From NCBI GenBank assembly GCA_964526305.1, contig CAZGKV010000012.1:8131-72130 (forward strand): 64,000 bases of DNA, given 5' to 3'. Shown piece by piece: positions 25,037 to 34,564 of this stretch; within the stretch, counting starts at the first letter, position 1; every line of letters begins with the position of its first letter. Under the pieces are notes generated by a model. It ran no database searches and had not been told where the DNA came from. It was given only the letters and a program-made list of their open reading frames with translations. The stretch is from an uncultured Planctomycetales bacterium (GTDB lineage: Bacteria; Planctomycetota; MHYJ01; JACPRB01). The translations under genes and the position numbers were made by a program.

Positions 25037-26304
25037 CGTGCGACTGTTCGCGCCGAGATCTCCTCAAAGTCGGCTCCGGGGGCCTGCTCGCCATGCTCTT
25101 CTCCGGCAAGCTCGGCTCCGTCTTCGGGCAGGAGCAGGCGGCGCGGGCGAAGGCCTGCATCTTTCTCTTTATGTACGGCGGCCCGAGCCACATCGACACG
25201 TGGGATCCGAAGCCCAAGAGCCCCTGCGGGGGGACCTTCAGGCCGATCCGTACCAAGGCGGGATATGAGATCTGCGAGCACATGCCCGAGATCGCCAAAG
25301 TCTCGACAAAGATCTCGATCATCCGCTCGATGACCTCGAAAGAAGTCGATCACGGTCGTGGCGCGTATTATCTTCGCACCGGATATCGGCCTCAGGAAAG
25401 CGTCGAGCATCCGCCTCTGGGCTCGATCTTCGCGAAGGAGCTCGCGAGAGACGACGCGGACGTCCCCCCGTTCGTCACGATCTCGCCTGGATTCGATACC
25501 GGATTGGGTGCCGGCCTCCTCGGCGAAGTCTGGTCTCCCTTCATCCTCGACACGCCCGGCGAGGTCCCATCGACGCTCGCGTGCCCCGACATCCTCAGCG
25601 AAGAGCGGCAGTCCGACCGACTCCGGCTCCTCGAGGAGTACGAGAAGCGTTTCGGCGAACAGCGCATGGAGGGCGAGGCGGCGTTAGCACGATCTCTGCA
25701 CCAGAAGGCGGCCCGGTACAGGAAGGGCCCCCTTCGTCGCGCGTTGGATCTCTCTCGGGAGGAGGATTCCGTGCGAGAGGCGTACGGCAAGAACGACGGC
25801 GGGTACACGCCCTTCGGACAATCCTGCCTCACCGCCCGCCGACTCGTAGAATCGGGCGTCAAGTTCGTCGAGATTACCCACCAGGGATGGGACACCCACG
25901 AGAACAATTTCGATCTCACGCGCGACCTGTGCCGCGAGACGGATGCGGGATTCGCCGCGCTCGTCCGGGATTTGGACCGACGCGGGGTCCTGGACTCCAC
26001 GCTGATCGTGTGGGCCGGTGAATTCGGCCGAACTCCCAACATCAACGCCCAAGGCGGACGGGACCATCACGGAGATGTCTTCTCAATCGCGCTGGCGGGC
26101 GGCGGGATCCGCGGGGGCCTCGTCGTGGGCGCAAGCGACCCCGACGGTTCGCAGGTCCAGCATCGAGCGGTCACCTTCCCCGAAGTGATGGCGACCGCAG
26201 CCGCGCTGGCAGGCCTCAATCCCGAGAAAGAGTATTCCACTCCCGAAGAGCGCCCCATCAAGCTCGTTGACGACGCCCGGCCCATCCGCGAGCTGATCTC
26301 GTAG
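25033..26304 (+). CDS. DUF1501 domain protein (sulfatase-like, Tat signal)
   Basis: SRRDLLK twin-arginine motif, GGPSHIDTWDPKP, C-terminal GGRDHH. Start overlaps the DUF1549 gene stop. Confidence 0.8.
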   Translation: MTCDCSRRDLLKVGSGGLLAMLFSGKLGSVFGQEQAARAKACIFLFMYGGPSHIDTWDPKPKSPCGGTFRPIRTKAGYEICEHMPEIAKVSTKISIIRSMTSKEVDHGRGAYYLRTGYRPQESVEHPPLGSIFAKELARDDADVPPFVTISPGFDTGLGAGLLGEVWSPFILDTPGEVPSTLACPDILSEERQSDRLRLLEEYEKRFGEQRMEGEAALARSLHQKAARYRKGPLRRALDLSREEDSVREAYGKNDGGYTPFGQSCLTARRLVESGVKFVEITHQGWDTHENNFDLTRDLCRETDAGFAALVRDLDRRGVLDSTLIVWAGEFGRTPNINAQGGRDHHGDVFSIALAGGGIRGGLVVGASDPDGSQVQHRAVTFPEVMATAAALAGLNPEKEYSTPEERPIKLVDDARPIRELIS

Positions 26305-26651
26305 CTCGCTTCGCCCGTGTCTGGCGAAAACCCGCACGAGTCCCCAGGACTCGTCCTCGACGACACCCGCGCCGGCATCGCCCCGGCTAGGACCGTGTCG
26401 GCCTGATTAGGCCGACACGCTCCTAGGCGTATCCAACACTTCGACGACCGTCCTCGCTGGATTTCCGAGCGACGGAGCTTGCCCTTCCATCCCCTGGGCC
26501 ACCAACACCGGCGCCAAGTCGACGATGTCCAAAACGAAGTCGTCCGGATGCACCGTCTCAACAGGATCCGGAACCGCTTCGTTCATCCCTTGCCGCGTCC
26601 GCGCGAGGAAGCACGCTCGTCGGGTCCTGCGGAGGATATACTTCATGGGGT

Positions 26652-27434
26652 ATGGCTCGCAGTCTCGACACTTCCCTCGGGGGGGCGAATGCTCACTTCC
26701 CGACCACTCGATGGTCGGCCATAATCGGCTTGGGAGAGGCCGGAGGGGCGGAATACCAGAAGCGTCTCGGAGAGCTCCTCGAGAAGTATTGGAAGCCGGT
26801 GTACGTGTATATTCGGGCTCGATGGCGTCGGACCAATGAGGACGCGAAGGACCTGACGCAGGCCTTCTTTTCCCACCTTCTGGAGCGGGATCAACTGGCG
26901 CGCCTACCCGATTCCCATCGGAGCTTTCGGGCGTACCTCAAGACCGTTCTCCAACACTTTCTTATCGACGAGTACCGCCGAAGCAGAATTCGTCAGACGG
27001 AGATGCCCACGCTGCGTCTGGACGAGGTGGGAGAGCGGGAGAGGATGCAGATGGAGGACCGGTCCAAGTCCGATTCCCCGGAAAAGGCGTACGACGCGCA
27101 GTGGATGAACGATCTCCTGAGGCAGAGCGTCGGGGAACTTCAACGGTCCCTGGAACAGGAGGGAAAGCCGCTCTATTTCGAGGCGTTCCGGCTCTATTGC
27201 CTCGAACCGTTCCGGGCAAACTCCGGCGCACCTTCTCCGCTGGCCGGCCTACCGGCCGAATCGCCGACGTACGAGGAAGTCGCTCGGCGCTTGGGCCTGA
27301 AGAAATCGGATGTCCGTAACTACCTCTCGGTCTGCCGGCAGAGGATCTTTCTTCTGCTCCGGGATCGGATCCGAGACACGGTTCAAACGGAGGACGAGGT
27401 GAAGCGCGAACTCGAGGAGCTGTTCGGCCTATGA
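26652..27434 (+). CDS. ECF-type RNA polymerase sigma factor (kinase-associated subgroup)
   Basis: FPTTRWSAI motif, sigma-2 and sigma-4 regions. Stop overlaps the kinase start. Confidence 0.75.
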   Translation: MARSLDTSLGGANAHFPTTRWSAIIGLGEAGGAEYQKRLGELLEKYWKPVYVYIRARWRRTNEDAKDLTQAFFSHLLERDQLARLPDSHRSFRAYLKTVLQHFLIDEYRRSRIRQTEMPTLRLDEVGERERMQMEDRSKSDSPEKAYDAQWMNDLLRQSVGELQRSLEQEGKPLYFEAFRLYCLEPFRANSGAPSPLAGLPAESPTYEEVARRLGLKKSDVRNYLSVCRQRIFLLLRDRIRDTVQTEDEVKRELEELFGL

Positions 27435-30091
27435 CAGTCGATTGGGGAGAATTTCAAGGTCTCCGCCGATTGCTCGGAGACCCCACGTCGCTGGTTTCCT
27501 GGGAGGCTCGATTCATGGAGGCCGCGGCGGGTCGAGGCTGGATCACTCCCGAGCAGTCGCGAAAGGCCCTGGGTCTCCTGGCGCAAGAGCGCTTCCTCGG
27601 CAAGATGGCGACGCTGGGCGAACTCCTTCTTCAGCAGAACTACTTGTCGTCGACCCAGTATCTCGAAGTGGAAGAAGATTTGGAGCGAAACCCGCCGGAC
27701 ACTCCCTCTACGGCGGAGCGCCACATCGAAAAGACGGACGAACTCCCCCAGATCGGCAAGTACCGCCTCCTTCGCCGGATCGGACGGGGGGGGATGGGAG
27801 TGGTGTACGAAGCCGAAGACGGTGACCTTCACCGGCGCGTGGCCTTGAAGCTGATTCGCGAACAGGACAAGACGTCCCACTTGGTCTCCCGCCTCTATCG
27901 AGAGGCGGCCATCGTGGCGCAACTCCGCCACCCGAACATCGTCGCCGTGCACGATGTTGGGGAATGCAACGAAGGGGAGAGCGAACGTGGTTTCTATATC
28001 GCGATGGACCTGATCGAAGGCCAGACGATGGCTTCCTTGCTGGCGTCCGGATCGGCTTCGCAAGAACGACTCCTCGCGATGCTCGTCCAGATCGCCAAGG
28101 CCGCCGCTCATGCCCATGAGCAGGGGATCGTCCATCGCGACATCAAACCTTCGAACATCTTGGTCGACGCGAAAGGCCAGAGCTACCTTGCGGATTTCGG
28201 CGTGGCCCGTGCCAAGGTGTTCACATCGGCCCTCACCTGCCCGGGAGAAATTCTCGGGACGCCGCCCTACATGGCGCCCGAAGTGATCCAGGGAAAGCCG
28301 GGATGCGTGGATTCCCGTGCCGACATCTATTCCCTGGGGGTGATGCTGTACGAAGTGGCGACGGGTCGACTGCCGTTTCGAGCCGATCAGCCGAACATGC
28401 TCTTCGAGAAGGTTCTCAGCGAGGATCCTCCCCCGTTCAAGATGGTCGCCCCTCGAGCCCACCCGCAGTTGGAGGTGCTCTGTCGAAAGGCGATGGAGAA
28501 GGACCCATCTCGGCGATATGCGACGGCGCGCGACTTCGCGGAAGATGTGGAACGGTTCCTTCGAGGTGAGCCGATTCTCGGGCAGCCGGTATCGATCCTC
28601 TATCGACTGCGGAGGAGCTTGGCGAAGCGCCGCACCGTCGCCGGAACGGTCGCGGGCCTGGTCCTGTTGGGGGGGCTCCTTGGAATCTTCGTCCCCCAGT
28701 GGCATGCCGAGAGACGGGCTCGCGCGGCGGAGAGCGAGCGACACCGGAGGCACGAGGCGGCCCTCCAACGATTGTGGACCCTGAGGGCCACCATCGCTGC
28801 GCGCCAGAAGGACCTCCGCTACTCGCAATCGACGTCCGGGGAGGCTCGCCGGGATCTCGAGCGGGCCATCCGCGATCTCGACAGCTTCATCCGGGAGTGG
28901 CCCGGGGACCCTCGAGGGTACTTCGTTCGAGCTCAAGCGAAGCTCTTTCTCAGCGACAATCGAGGCGCGGAACGCGACATCAGGACGGCGCTCGAGAAGG
29001 ACTCGACGTTCCTCCCCGGGTGGCGAGCCCTAGGAAGGGTTCTGCTGGAGCGATACGACCGAGGCCTTCGCGGTAGACCGGTGACGATCCATCGGAGGAC
29101 TCACGCGTCGTTCCCGCTGCTGGGAGAGGCGATCGAGGCATTCCGTCGCGGAGGAGCTCACGTGGGGTCGGAAAAATGGGGATTCCCCTGGCTGGAGGAG
29201 GACCGGGTATCCGAGAACATCACGCGGGCGTTGATCCTGGCGCGCTACGAACATCGCGGGGCCGAAGGGGTGGACCTGCTGCGGCGTGCCGAGCGCGAGG
29301 AGTACGCCTCCGAGGAGTACTTGCTTTGGCAGGCGCGTCTCGCTCCGCCGAGCGAGGAGGGTGTGGAGTTGTTGTCGCGGGCGATCCAGCGGGCTCCGAA
29401 TTACTCCAAAGCCTACCAACTTCGGGGAGTCTTCTTGACCCTGCTGGGCCGGCCCAGGGAGGCTCTTGAGGACCTCGACCGAGCCATCGCGATCGACGCG
29501 AACAACGAGGAGGCCTACTACAATCGAGCGCACGCCCTCAGTTGCCTCGGCAAGTACGAGGAAGCGATCAGGAATCTGACTCGAATGCTGGAAATCCAGG
29601 ACGACTCTTGCGAGCCCTACTTTTCCCGCGCTACCATGCACTATAAGCTCGGGGATTGGCGAGGAGCGGTTGAGGATTACGAGCGCGCCATCCGGATCGA
29701 TCCGGACTATGCCGAAGCCTATCACTGGTGCGGCCATGCAATCCGGGGGCTGAAGTCGGGAAACCCGCTGGATCCCTTACCGTTCCTCGATCGTGCCTTG
29801 GCTCTCGATCCCGCCAACCCAGAGTACCTCAAGGATCGCGGGAGTATCCTGAAGGGAGGAGGCAAGCTACGGCTTGCCTTACACGACCTGGACAAGGCTC
29901 TCGACATCCGACCCATGTGGGCCGAGGCTCTCTGGATCCGAGCGCAGGCACGGGGACTCACCGGCGATTTTCAGGGTGCCGTATCGGATCTTCTCTGGGC
30001 CTTGCTGCGGGCGCCGGAGAATTGGGAACCCCGGAGGGAGGCGCTCCAGCAGCTCATGGCAACCGTAAAACACCTCAGCAGGCGGCGTTGA
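27431..30091 (+). CDS. serine/threonine protein kinase with C-terminal TPR repeats
   Basis: GRGGMGVVYEA...ALK, HRDIKPSNIL, DFG, APE motifs, then a TM segment and multiple TPR repeats, 886 aa. Confidence 0.9.
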   Translation: MTVDWGEFQGLRRLLGDPTSLVSWEARFMEAAAGRGWITPEQSRKALGLLAQERFLGKMATLGELLLQQNYLSSTQYLEVEEDLERNPPDTPSTAERHIEKTDELPQIGKYRLLRRIGRGGMGVVYEAEDGDLHRRVALKLIREQDKTSHLVSRLYREAAIVAQLRHPNIVAVHDVGECNEGESERGFYIAMDLIEGQTMASLLASGSASQERLLAMLVQIAKAAAHAHEQGIVHRDIKPSNILVDAKGQSYLADFGVARAKVFTSALTCPGEILGTPPYMAPEVIQGKPGCVDSRADIYSLGVMLYEVATGRLPFRADQPNMLFEKVLSEDPPPFKMVAPRAHPQLEVLCRKAMEKDPSRRYATARDFAEDVERFLRGEPILGQPVSILYRLRRSLAKRRTVAGTVAGLVLLGGLLGIFVPQWHAERRARAAESERHRRHEAALQRLWTLRATIAARQKDLRYSQSTSGEARRDLERAIRDLDSFIREWPGDPRGYFVRAQAKLFLSDNRGAERDIRTALEKDSTFLPGWRALGRVLLERYDRGLRGRPVTIHRRTHASFPLLGEAIEAFRRGGAHVGSEKWGFPWLEEDRVSENITRALILARYEHRGAEGVDLLRRAEREEYASEEYLLWQARLAPPSEEGVELLSRAIQRAPNYSKAYQLRGVFLTLLGRPREALEDLDRAIAIDANNEEAYYNRAHALSCLGKYEEAIRNLTRMLEIQDDSCEPYFSRATMHYKLGDWRGAVEDYERAIRIDPDYAEAYHWCGHAIRGLKSGNPLDPLPFLDRALALDPANPEYLKDRGSILKGGGKLRLALHDLDKALDIRPMWAEALWIRAQARGLTGDFQGAVSDLLWALLRAPENWEPRREALQQLMATVKHLSRRR

Positions 30092-30184
30092 GGGGGAGTC
30101 TCCGGGGAAACTCACTCGGTAGCGCGAACGCCGCGCGCGCCGGCTCGGGACTGGAAGCCGCGCGCATGGAGACCTCCTCGGAGA

Positions 30185-30637
30185 TTGATCGCGTCGACAT
30201 CGACGCACCCTTATCCCAGAAAGCCGCCCCCGAGTCACGGATGCGAATCTTGGATCGTCGCCGACGTCGCGGCAGAGGGAATGGCTCCGCGAATCGTCGC
30301 CCGCACGGGAGGCGATGTCGGCGATTGGGTCGTCCGGCTCTCCCCGGCGCTGCCTTTCTACGGTCGCTTGACTCGACCGAACGATCGGCCCGCCGGAGGC
30401 GTGCGACTCCGATTCGAGCCGTTGATCCACCAGACAGGCTTCGTCGAAAGGGTGGCCTCTACGCTTCCGCTCATCGACGAGGAAGTCGTCACCGATTCCC
30501 ATGGGGACTTCGTCTGTCGTTCCCTCCTTTCCGGCGACTACAAGGTGCGCCTGGCCGACGAGCCGAAAACTCCCGCGCTCCTCCTAAGAGCCGAGGAAGT
30601 GCGGGCGGGGAGCGCAACCCTCCGCGTCCTGTGGTAG
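30185..30637 (+). CDS. hypothetical protein with carboxypeptidase-regulatory-like beta-sandwich features (start uncertain)
   Basis: C-terminal VTDSHGDFVCRSLLSGDYKVRL resembles a CarboxypepD_reg-like domain. No clear RBS. Confidence 0.3.
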   Translation: MIASTSTHPYPRKPPPSHGCESWIVADVAAEGMAPRIVARTGGDVGDWVVRLSPALPFYGRLTRPNDRPAGGVRLRFEPLIHQTGFVERVASTLPLIDEEVVTDSHGDFVCRSLLSGDYKVRLADEPKTPALLLRAEEVRAGSATLRVLW

Positions 30638-30730
30638 TCCACGCCTTCGGAATTCTCGCAACATTTCACTAGATCATCCTGGGCTGCGCGCGCCACGGAG
30701 ATGGAGCCCAAGATTCAAGGTGAGAAATTC

Positions 30731-32875
30731 ATGGGGAGCATCATGTCGGTGAACATCGGACGAACGCTCTTCTTGCCGGCGATCGCCGCCGGCGTCTTGA
30801 CAGCGACGAGCTGCCACAAGCACCGAAAAGATCTCGAGGGTGGGGCAGGGGGTGGGACTCCCGATCCGACGATCTCGGAGATTACGCTCTTGGCCGGAGG
30901 ACTCGGTGGACCGGGGAGCATGGACGACACTGGCCCCCTCGCGCGTTTCTCCGCTCCTTCCGGTATCGCGACGGACGGCGCTAACCTCTATGTCGCCGAT
31001 TTCTTCAACTACACGATTCGGAAGATCGAGATCTCCACCGGGGAGACGACCACCCTCGCAGGATTACCGGGAAGGGCCGGATTTACCGATGGGATCGGGA
31101 GCGCGGCTCGATTCGGGGGTCCCCGCGGGATCGCCACCGACGGTACCAACCTGTATGTGGCCGATACGTTCAATCAGATCATCCGAAAAATCGTTCTCTC
31201 CACGGGAGAGGTCTCCACCCTCGCAGGCAGGGCCCAGGCCCCTGGAACGACGAATGGGACGGGGGCCGGCGCGCGATTCAGGAATCCTTGGGGTATCGCC
31301 ACGGACGGCACGAACGTCTATGTCACGGAACAGGGCAGTCACACGATCCGGAAGATCGTGATTTCGACGAAGGCGGTCACCACCTTGGCCGGCCTCGCAG
31401 GACAATCCGGCAGTGCCGACGGGATCGGAAGCACGGCGCGATTCAACAGCCCCCTCGGCGCCGCCACGGATGCGACGTACGTCTACATCGCCGATACCAA
31501 CAATCACACGATCCGGCAAGTCGAGATCGCGACCGGATCGGTGACGACTCTGGCCGGAGCCGCGGGCCAGTCCGGTGCGTCGGATGGGAGCTTCGGCGAG
31601 GCCCGATTCTCCCAGCCGCTCGGGATCGCAACGGACGGCGCGCGAATCTATGTGGGCGACTTCGGCAACACGGCTTTGCGGCAATTGGAAATCTCGATGA
31701 GGGCGGTGTCGACCCTGGCCGGATCACCGGGGCAACCCGGCAGCACAGACGGGACGAGGATCGAGGCTAGATTTCGGGCGCTGTTCGCCCTCGCAACCGA
31801 TGGGACGAACCTATTCGCCGCCGACGGAGGCTTCAACGGCACGGTACGGAAGGCCGTCCTCTCCACGGGCGTCGTGACCACTCTGGCTGGGCTCGCGGGA
31901 CAGCCCGGCAGCGCGGACGGAACCGGAGGAACCGCTCGATTCTCCGATCCGTCCGGCCTCGCGACGGATGGCATCAACCTCTACGTTGCGGACAAGATGA
32001 ATCACACGGTCCGGCAAATCTCTCGGGCTGCAGGCACGGTGACCACCCTGGCCGGCCTTGCGGGGGAACCCGGCAGCGCCGACGGAATCGGAGCCGGCGC
32101 TCGATTCAACCAACCTACCGGCCTTGCCACCGACGGCATCTATGTCTACGTCACCGACTTGGGGAACTCCACGATTCGAAGGGTCGTAATCTCGACAGGG
32201 GAAGTGCAGACCCTTGCGGGCGTCGCGGGGCAAGTCGGGAGCGAGAATGGGATCGGGGGAAGCGCGCGATTCTCCGGGCCGTCCGGTATCGCCACCGATG
32301 GCCGCACTCTCTACATCACCGATCAGAACAATCAAACGATTCGGCAGTTTGCGATCGCGACCTGGGTCGTGACCACACTGGCGGGCCTCGCAGGACAGAC
32401 CGGGAGCGAGGACGGGATCGGAAGCGCCGCGAGATTCTACCTTCCGGACGGCATCGCTACCGACGGCACCAATCTCTACGTCGCCGATGTCGCCAACAAT
32501 ACGATCCGCCAGATCGTGATCGCCACCGGCGCGGTCACCACCCTGGCCGGGCAGGCCGACATGGCCGGATGGTCCACCACCATCACGGCCGTCAACGGAA
32601 TCGGAACCGCGGCACGATTCAATCATCCCTTCGGCCTCGCCTTGGATGGGACCGACCTGTACATCTCAGAAACGCGGAGCCACACGATCCGCAAGCTCGA
32701 CCTACTCACGGCAGAGGTCACGACGCCGATCGGGGTTCAGGGGTATGGGCGAGTCGATCTTGGTCCGCTCCCTGGCACCATCAACTCTCCTGCCGGGCTA
32801 TGCGCAGCCGAAGGATGGCTGTTCATCTCGAGTCAGTGGGAGAATTCCGTCTTGATCGCCCCGATGCCGAATTAG
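30731..32875 (+). CDS. NHL-repeat protein (about 13 tandem NHL repeats), secreted or lipoprotein
   Basis: SD AAGGTGAG 6 nt before ATG 30731. Signal peptide ending LTATSC. Repeated GIATDGTNLYVAD...TIRKI...TTLAG units. An alternative upstream ATG exists at 30701. Confidence 0.8.
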   Translation: MGSIMSVNIGRTLFLPAIAAGVLTATSCHKHRKDLEGGAGGGTPDPTISEITLLAGGLGGPGSMDDTGPLARFSAPSGIATDGANLYVADFFNYTIRKIEISTGETTTLAGLPGRAGFTDGIGSAARFGGPRGIATDGTNLYVADTFNQIIRKIVLSTGEVSTLAGRAQAPGTTNGTGAGARFRNPWGIATDGTNVYVTEQGSHTIRKIVISTKAVTTLAGLAGQSGSADGIGSTARFNSPLGAATDATYVYIADTNNHTIRQVEIATGSVTTLAGAAGQSGASDGSFGEARFSQPLGIATDGARIYVGDFGNTALRQLEISMRAVSTLAGSPGQPGSTDGTRIEARFRALFALATDGTNLFAADGGFNGTVRKAVLSTGVVTTLAGLAGQPGSADGTGGTARFSDPSGLATDGINLYVADKMNHTVRQISRAAGTVTTLAGLAGEPGSADGIGAGARFNQPTGLATDGIYVYVTDLGNSTIRRVVISTGEVQTLAGVAGQVGSENGIGGSARFSGPSGIATDGRTLYITDQNNQTIRQFAIATWVVTTLAGLAGQTGSEDGIGSAARFYLPDGIATDGTNLYVADVANNTIRQIVIATGAVTTLAGQADMAGWSTTITAVNGIGTAARFNHPFGLALDGTDLYISETRSHTIRKLDLLTAEVTTPIGVQGYGRVDLGPLPGTINSPAGLCAAEGWLFISSQWENSVLIAPMPN
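30950..32700 (+). repeat. tandem DNA/protein repeat array (about 165-bp period) encoding NHL repeats
   Basis: Recurrent near-identical blocks such as GGGATCGCCACCGACGG...CTCTATGT(C/G)GCCGA...ACCCTGGC(C/A)GG through the ORF. Confidence 0.7.
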
Positions 32876-32887
32876 GAGGGAATCACG

Positions 32888-33559
32888 ATGACGCGAAGAA
32901 TCGCGGCCCTGACGGTCCTTGCCTTTACGGGATGCGGCGGAGGAGGCGGCGGTGGGGGAGAAGCAACTCCTCCCGTGGAGACGGTTCTGTTCCTGGACGA
33001 CTTCGACCGAATGGACGGCACGCTCGGGGAGCCGTGGCGACCGGTCTTTTTCGGCGAAACGGTGATGCCGACGGCTCGGATCGAATCCTCTCGGGCTTTT
33101 GCGATGGTGAGGTCGGCGGCCAGGAGCGCCGACGCGTTCCCCGCGACCAGCCTCCGCGTGACTTGTTCCTTCGTGTTCGGCGCTCCGGGATGGGCCGAGG
33201 TTCACGTAATTGCGGATGACGATGAGTCCGGCGACAACGGGTTTTGGGTGGCGGGACTTGACGGCGAAGCGAGTGAGGGAGGAACCTTGTTGATCGCTCA
33301 GGTCAGTACCGATGAGGGAACTCTCGGTCCCGACGCCGGACTGCTCCCCGGCACCACGTACTCCTTGGATGTGTTCTTCGATGGAGGGTCGATCACGCTC
33401 ACGATCCTGGATGCATCGGGGCAAACCTTGGCCCATCATTCTCAGGTCGTACCCGGTTTTCAGCCCCGATACTTCGGGTTCGCCATCGGGAACGACCGAT
33501 CCGGCTCGTTCACCGCTCTGGATAATTTCCGGGTTTTGGAACGTAAAAGGGGGACATGA
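32888..33559 (+). CDS. hypothetical lipoprotein
   Basis: SD AGGAGGG. Signal peptide with LAFTGCGGGGGGGG lipobox-like Cys followed by a Gly-rich linker, 223 aa. Confidence 0.6.
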   Translation: MTRRIAALTVLAFTGCGGGGGGGGEATPPVETVLFLDDFDRMDGTLGEPWRPVFFGETVMPTARIESSRAFAMVRSAARSADAFPATSLRVTCSFVFGAPGWAEVHVIADDDESGDNGFWVAGLDGEASEGGTLLIAQVSTDEGTLGPDAGLLPGTTYSLDVFFDGGSITLTILDASGQTLAHHSQVVPGFQPRYFGFAIGNDRSGSFTALDNFRVLERKRGT

Positions 33560-33888
33560 TGAGACGTTTCTCGCTGTTCGCGGCCCCGGTGGCGGTCCTT
33601 CTTGTCGGATGGGCCATCGGGAAAAACCTGAGCGTGCCGGCCGCTCAGGCGCAGAATCGCACCGGCGGCGATTCCATCCCGCAGCCGGTTCGCCAATGGG
33701 AGGTCGTTCCGGCCTCGAACGCGGACAACAAGGGGGCCGCGCGAGGAGGCTATGTCCTGTACAACATCACGACCGGAGAGAGCTATTTCATCGACAACAA
33801 CAACACGAAATGGATGCCGCTTCCTTTCCTGGGAAATCGCCCGGCCGATGGCACGCAGCTTCCCTTCTCCGAGAGAAAGTCAAAATGA
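33556..33888 (+). CDS. small hypothetical secreted protein
   Basis: Signal peptide MMRRFSLFAAPVAVLLVGWAIG, 110 aa, translationally coupled to the upstream lipoprotein gene. Confidence 0.5.
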   Translation: MMRRFSLFAAPVAVLLVGWAIGKNLSVPAAQAQNRTGGDSIPQPVRQWEVVPASNADNKGAARGGYVLYNITTGESYFIDNNNTKWMPLPFLGNRPADGTQLPFSERKSK

Positions 33889-33901
33889 GTCCGACGTCGA
33901 G

Positions 33902-34564
33902 CTATCCCCGCCTCGCCACCACGATTTCCGAGGGGATCGGCCAGGCCAGGTACTCGCGGGTGCCGACATCGAAGCCGGCGTTCCGGACCAGTCGATCCAT
34001 GACCACCGGGCGGCATCCTCCGAGCAAGAACGGGACGGCCCGGGTCGGGAGAGCGGAGTACAGGCGTTCGAGCCAAGTCCGGTCCTGCTCGTCCCTCTTG
34101 CTGAGATTCACGAGCGCCAGGCGGCCGCCGGGGGTCAGAACGCGTCGGAACTCGGCGAGAACGGGAGAGAGCTCGGCGAGGGGGATCAGGTCGAGCATGT
34201 AGCTGTTGTAGAGAACGTCGAAGCTCTTGTCGGGGAAGGGAAGGCGGCGGGCGTCGCCTTCCCGGAGATCGACGTGATCGATTCGCTCGGAACGCAGCCG
34301 GGCGCGAGCGCGGTCCAGCATTCCGGGGGACAGGTCAAGGCCGTGAACCTTCGTGGAAGATCCCACCCGCCTGGCGATTTCGACCGTAGTGACGCCGGGA
34401 CCGACCGCCACTTCGAGGACGCGCTCGCCCGGACGGATGGCCGCGAGATCGAGCCCCCGCATGCGGGCCTTCGCCTCGAGCGGCGCAACGCAACAGCCGT
34501 AGAAGGCGCTTATGAGATTGTAGGCGGTGCGGATCCGTTCGACGGGAGCGTGAGCTTCGATCAT
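33902..34564 (-). CDS. class I SAM-dependent methyltransferase (UbiE/COQ5-like)
   Basis: VLEVAVGPGVTT motif I, LPFPDKSFD and VLTPGGRL motifs, 220 aa. Start overlaps the stop of the upstream oxidoreductase. Confidence 0.75.
   Translation of the reverse strand: MIEAHAPVERIRTAYNLISAFYGCCVAPLEAKARMRGLDLAAIRPGERVLEVAVGPGVTTVEIARRVGSSTKVHGLDLSPGMLDRARARLRSERIDHVDLREGDARRLPFPDKSFDVLYNSYMLDLIPLAELSPVLAEFRRVLTPGGRLALVNLSKRDEQDRTWLERLYSALPTRAVPFLLGGCRPVVMDRLVRNAGFDVGTREYLAWPIPSEIVVARRG

Noticed and set aside
26407-26646. 79-aa minus-strand ORF divergent from the ECF sigma gene
   Set aside because: No RBS and no recognisable features. Its start would sit 6 nt from the sigma-factor ATG. Probably spurious, although a small divergent regulator cannot be excluded.
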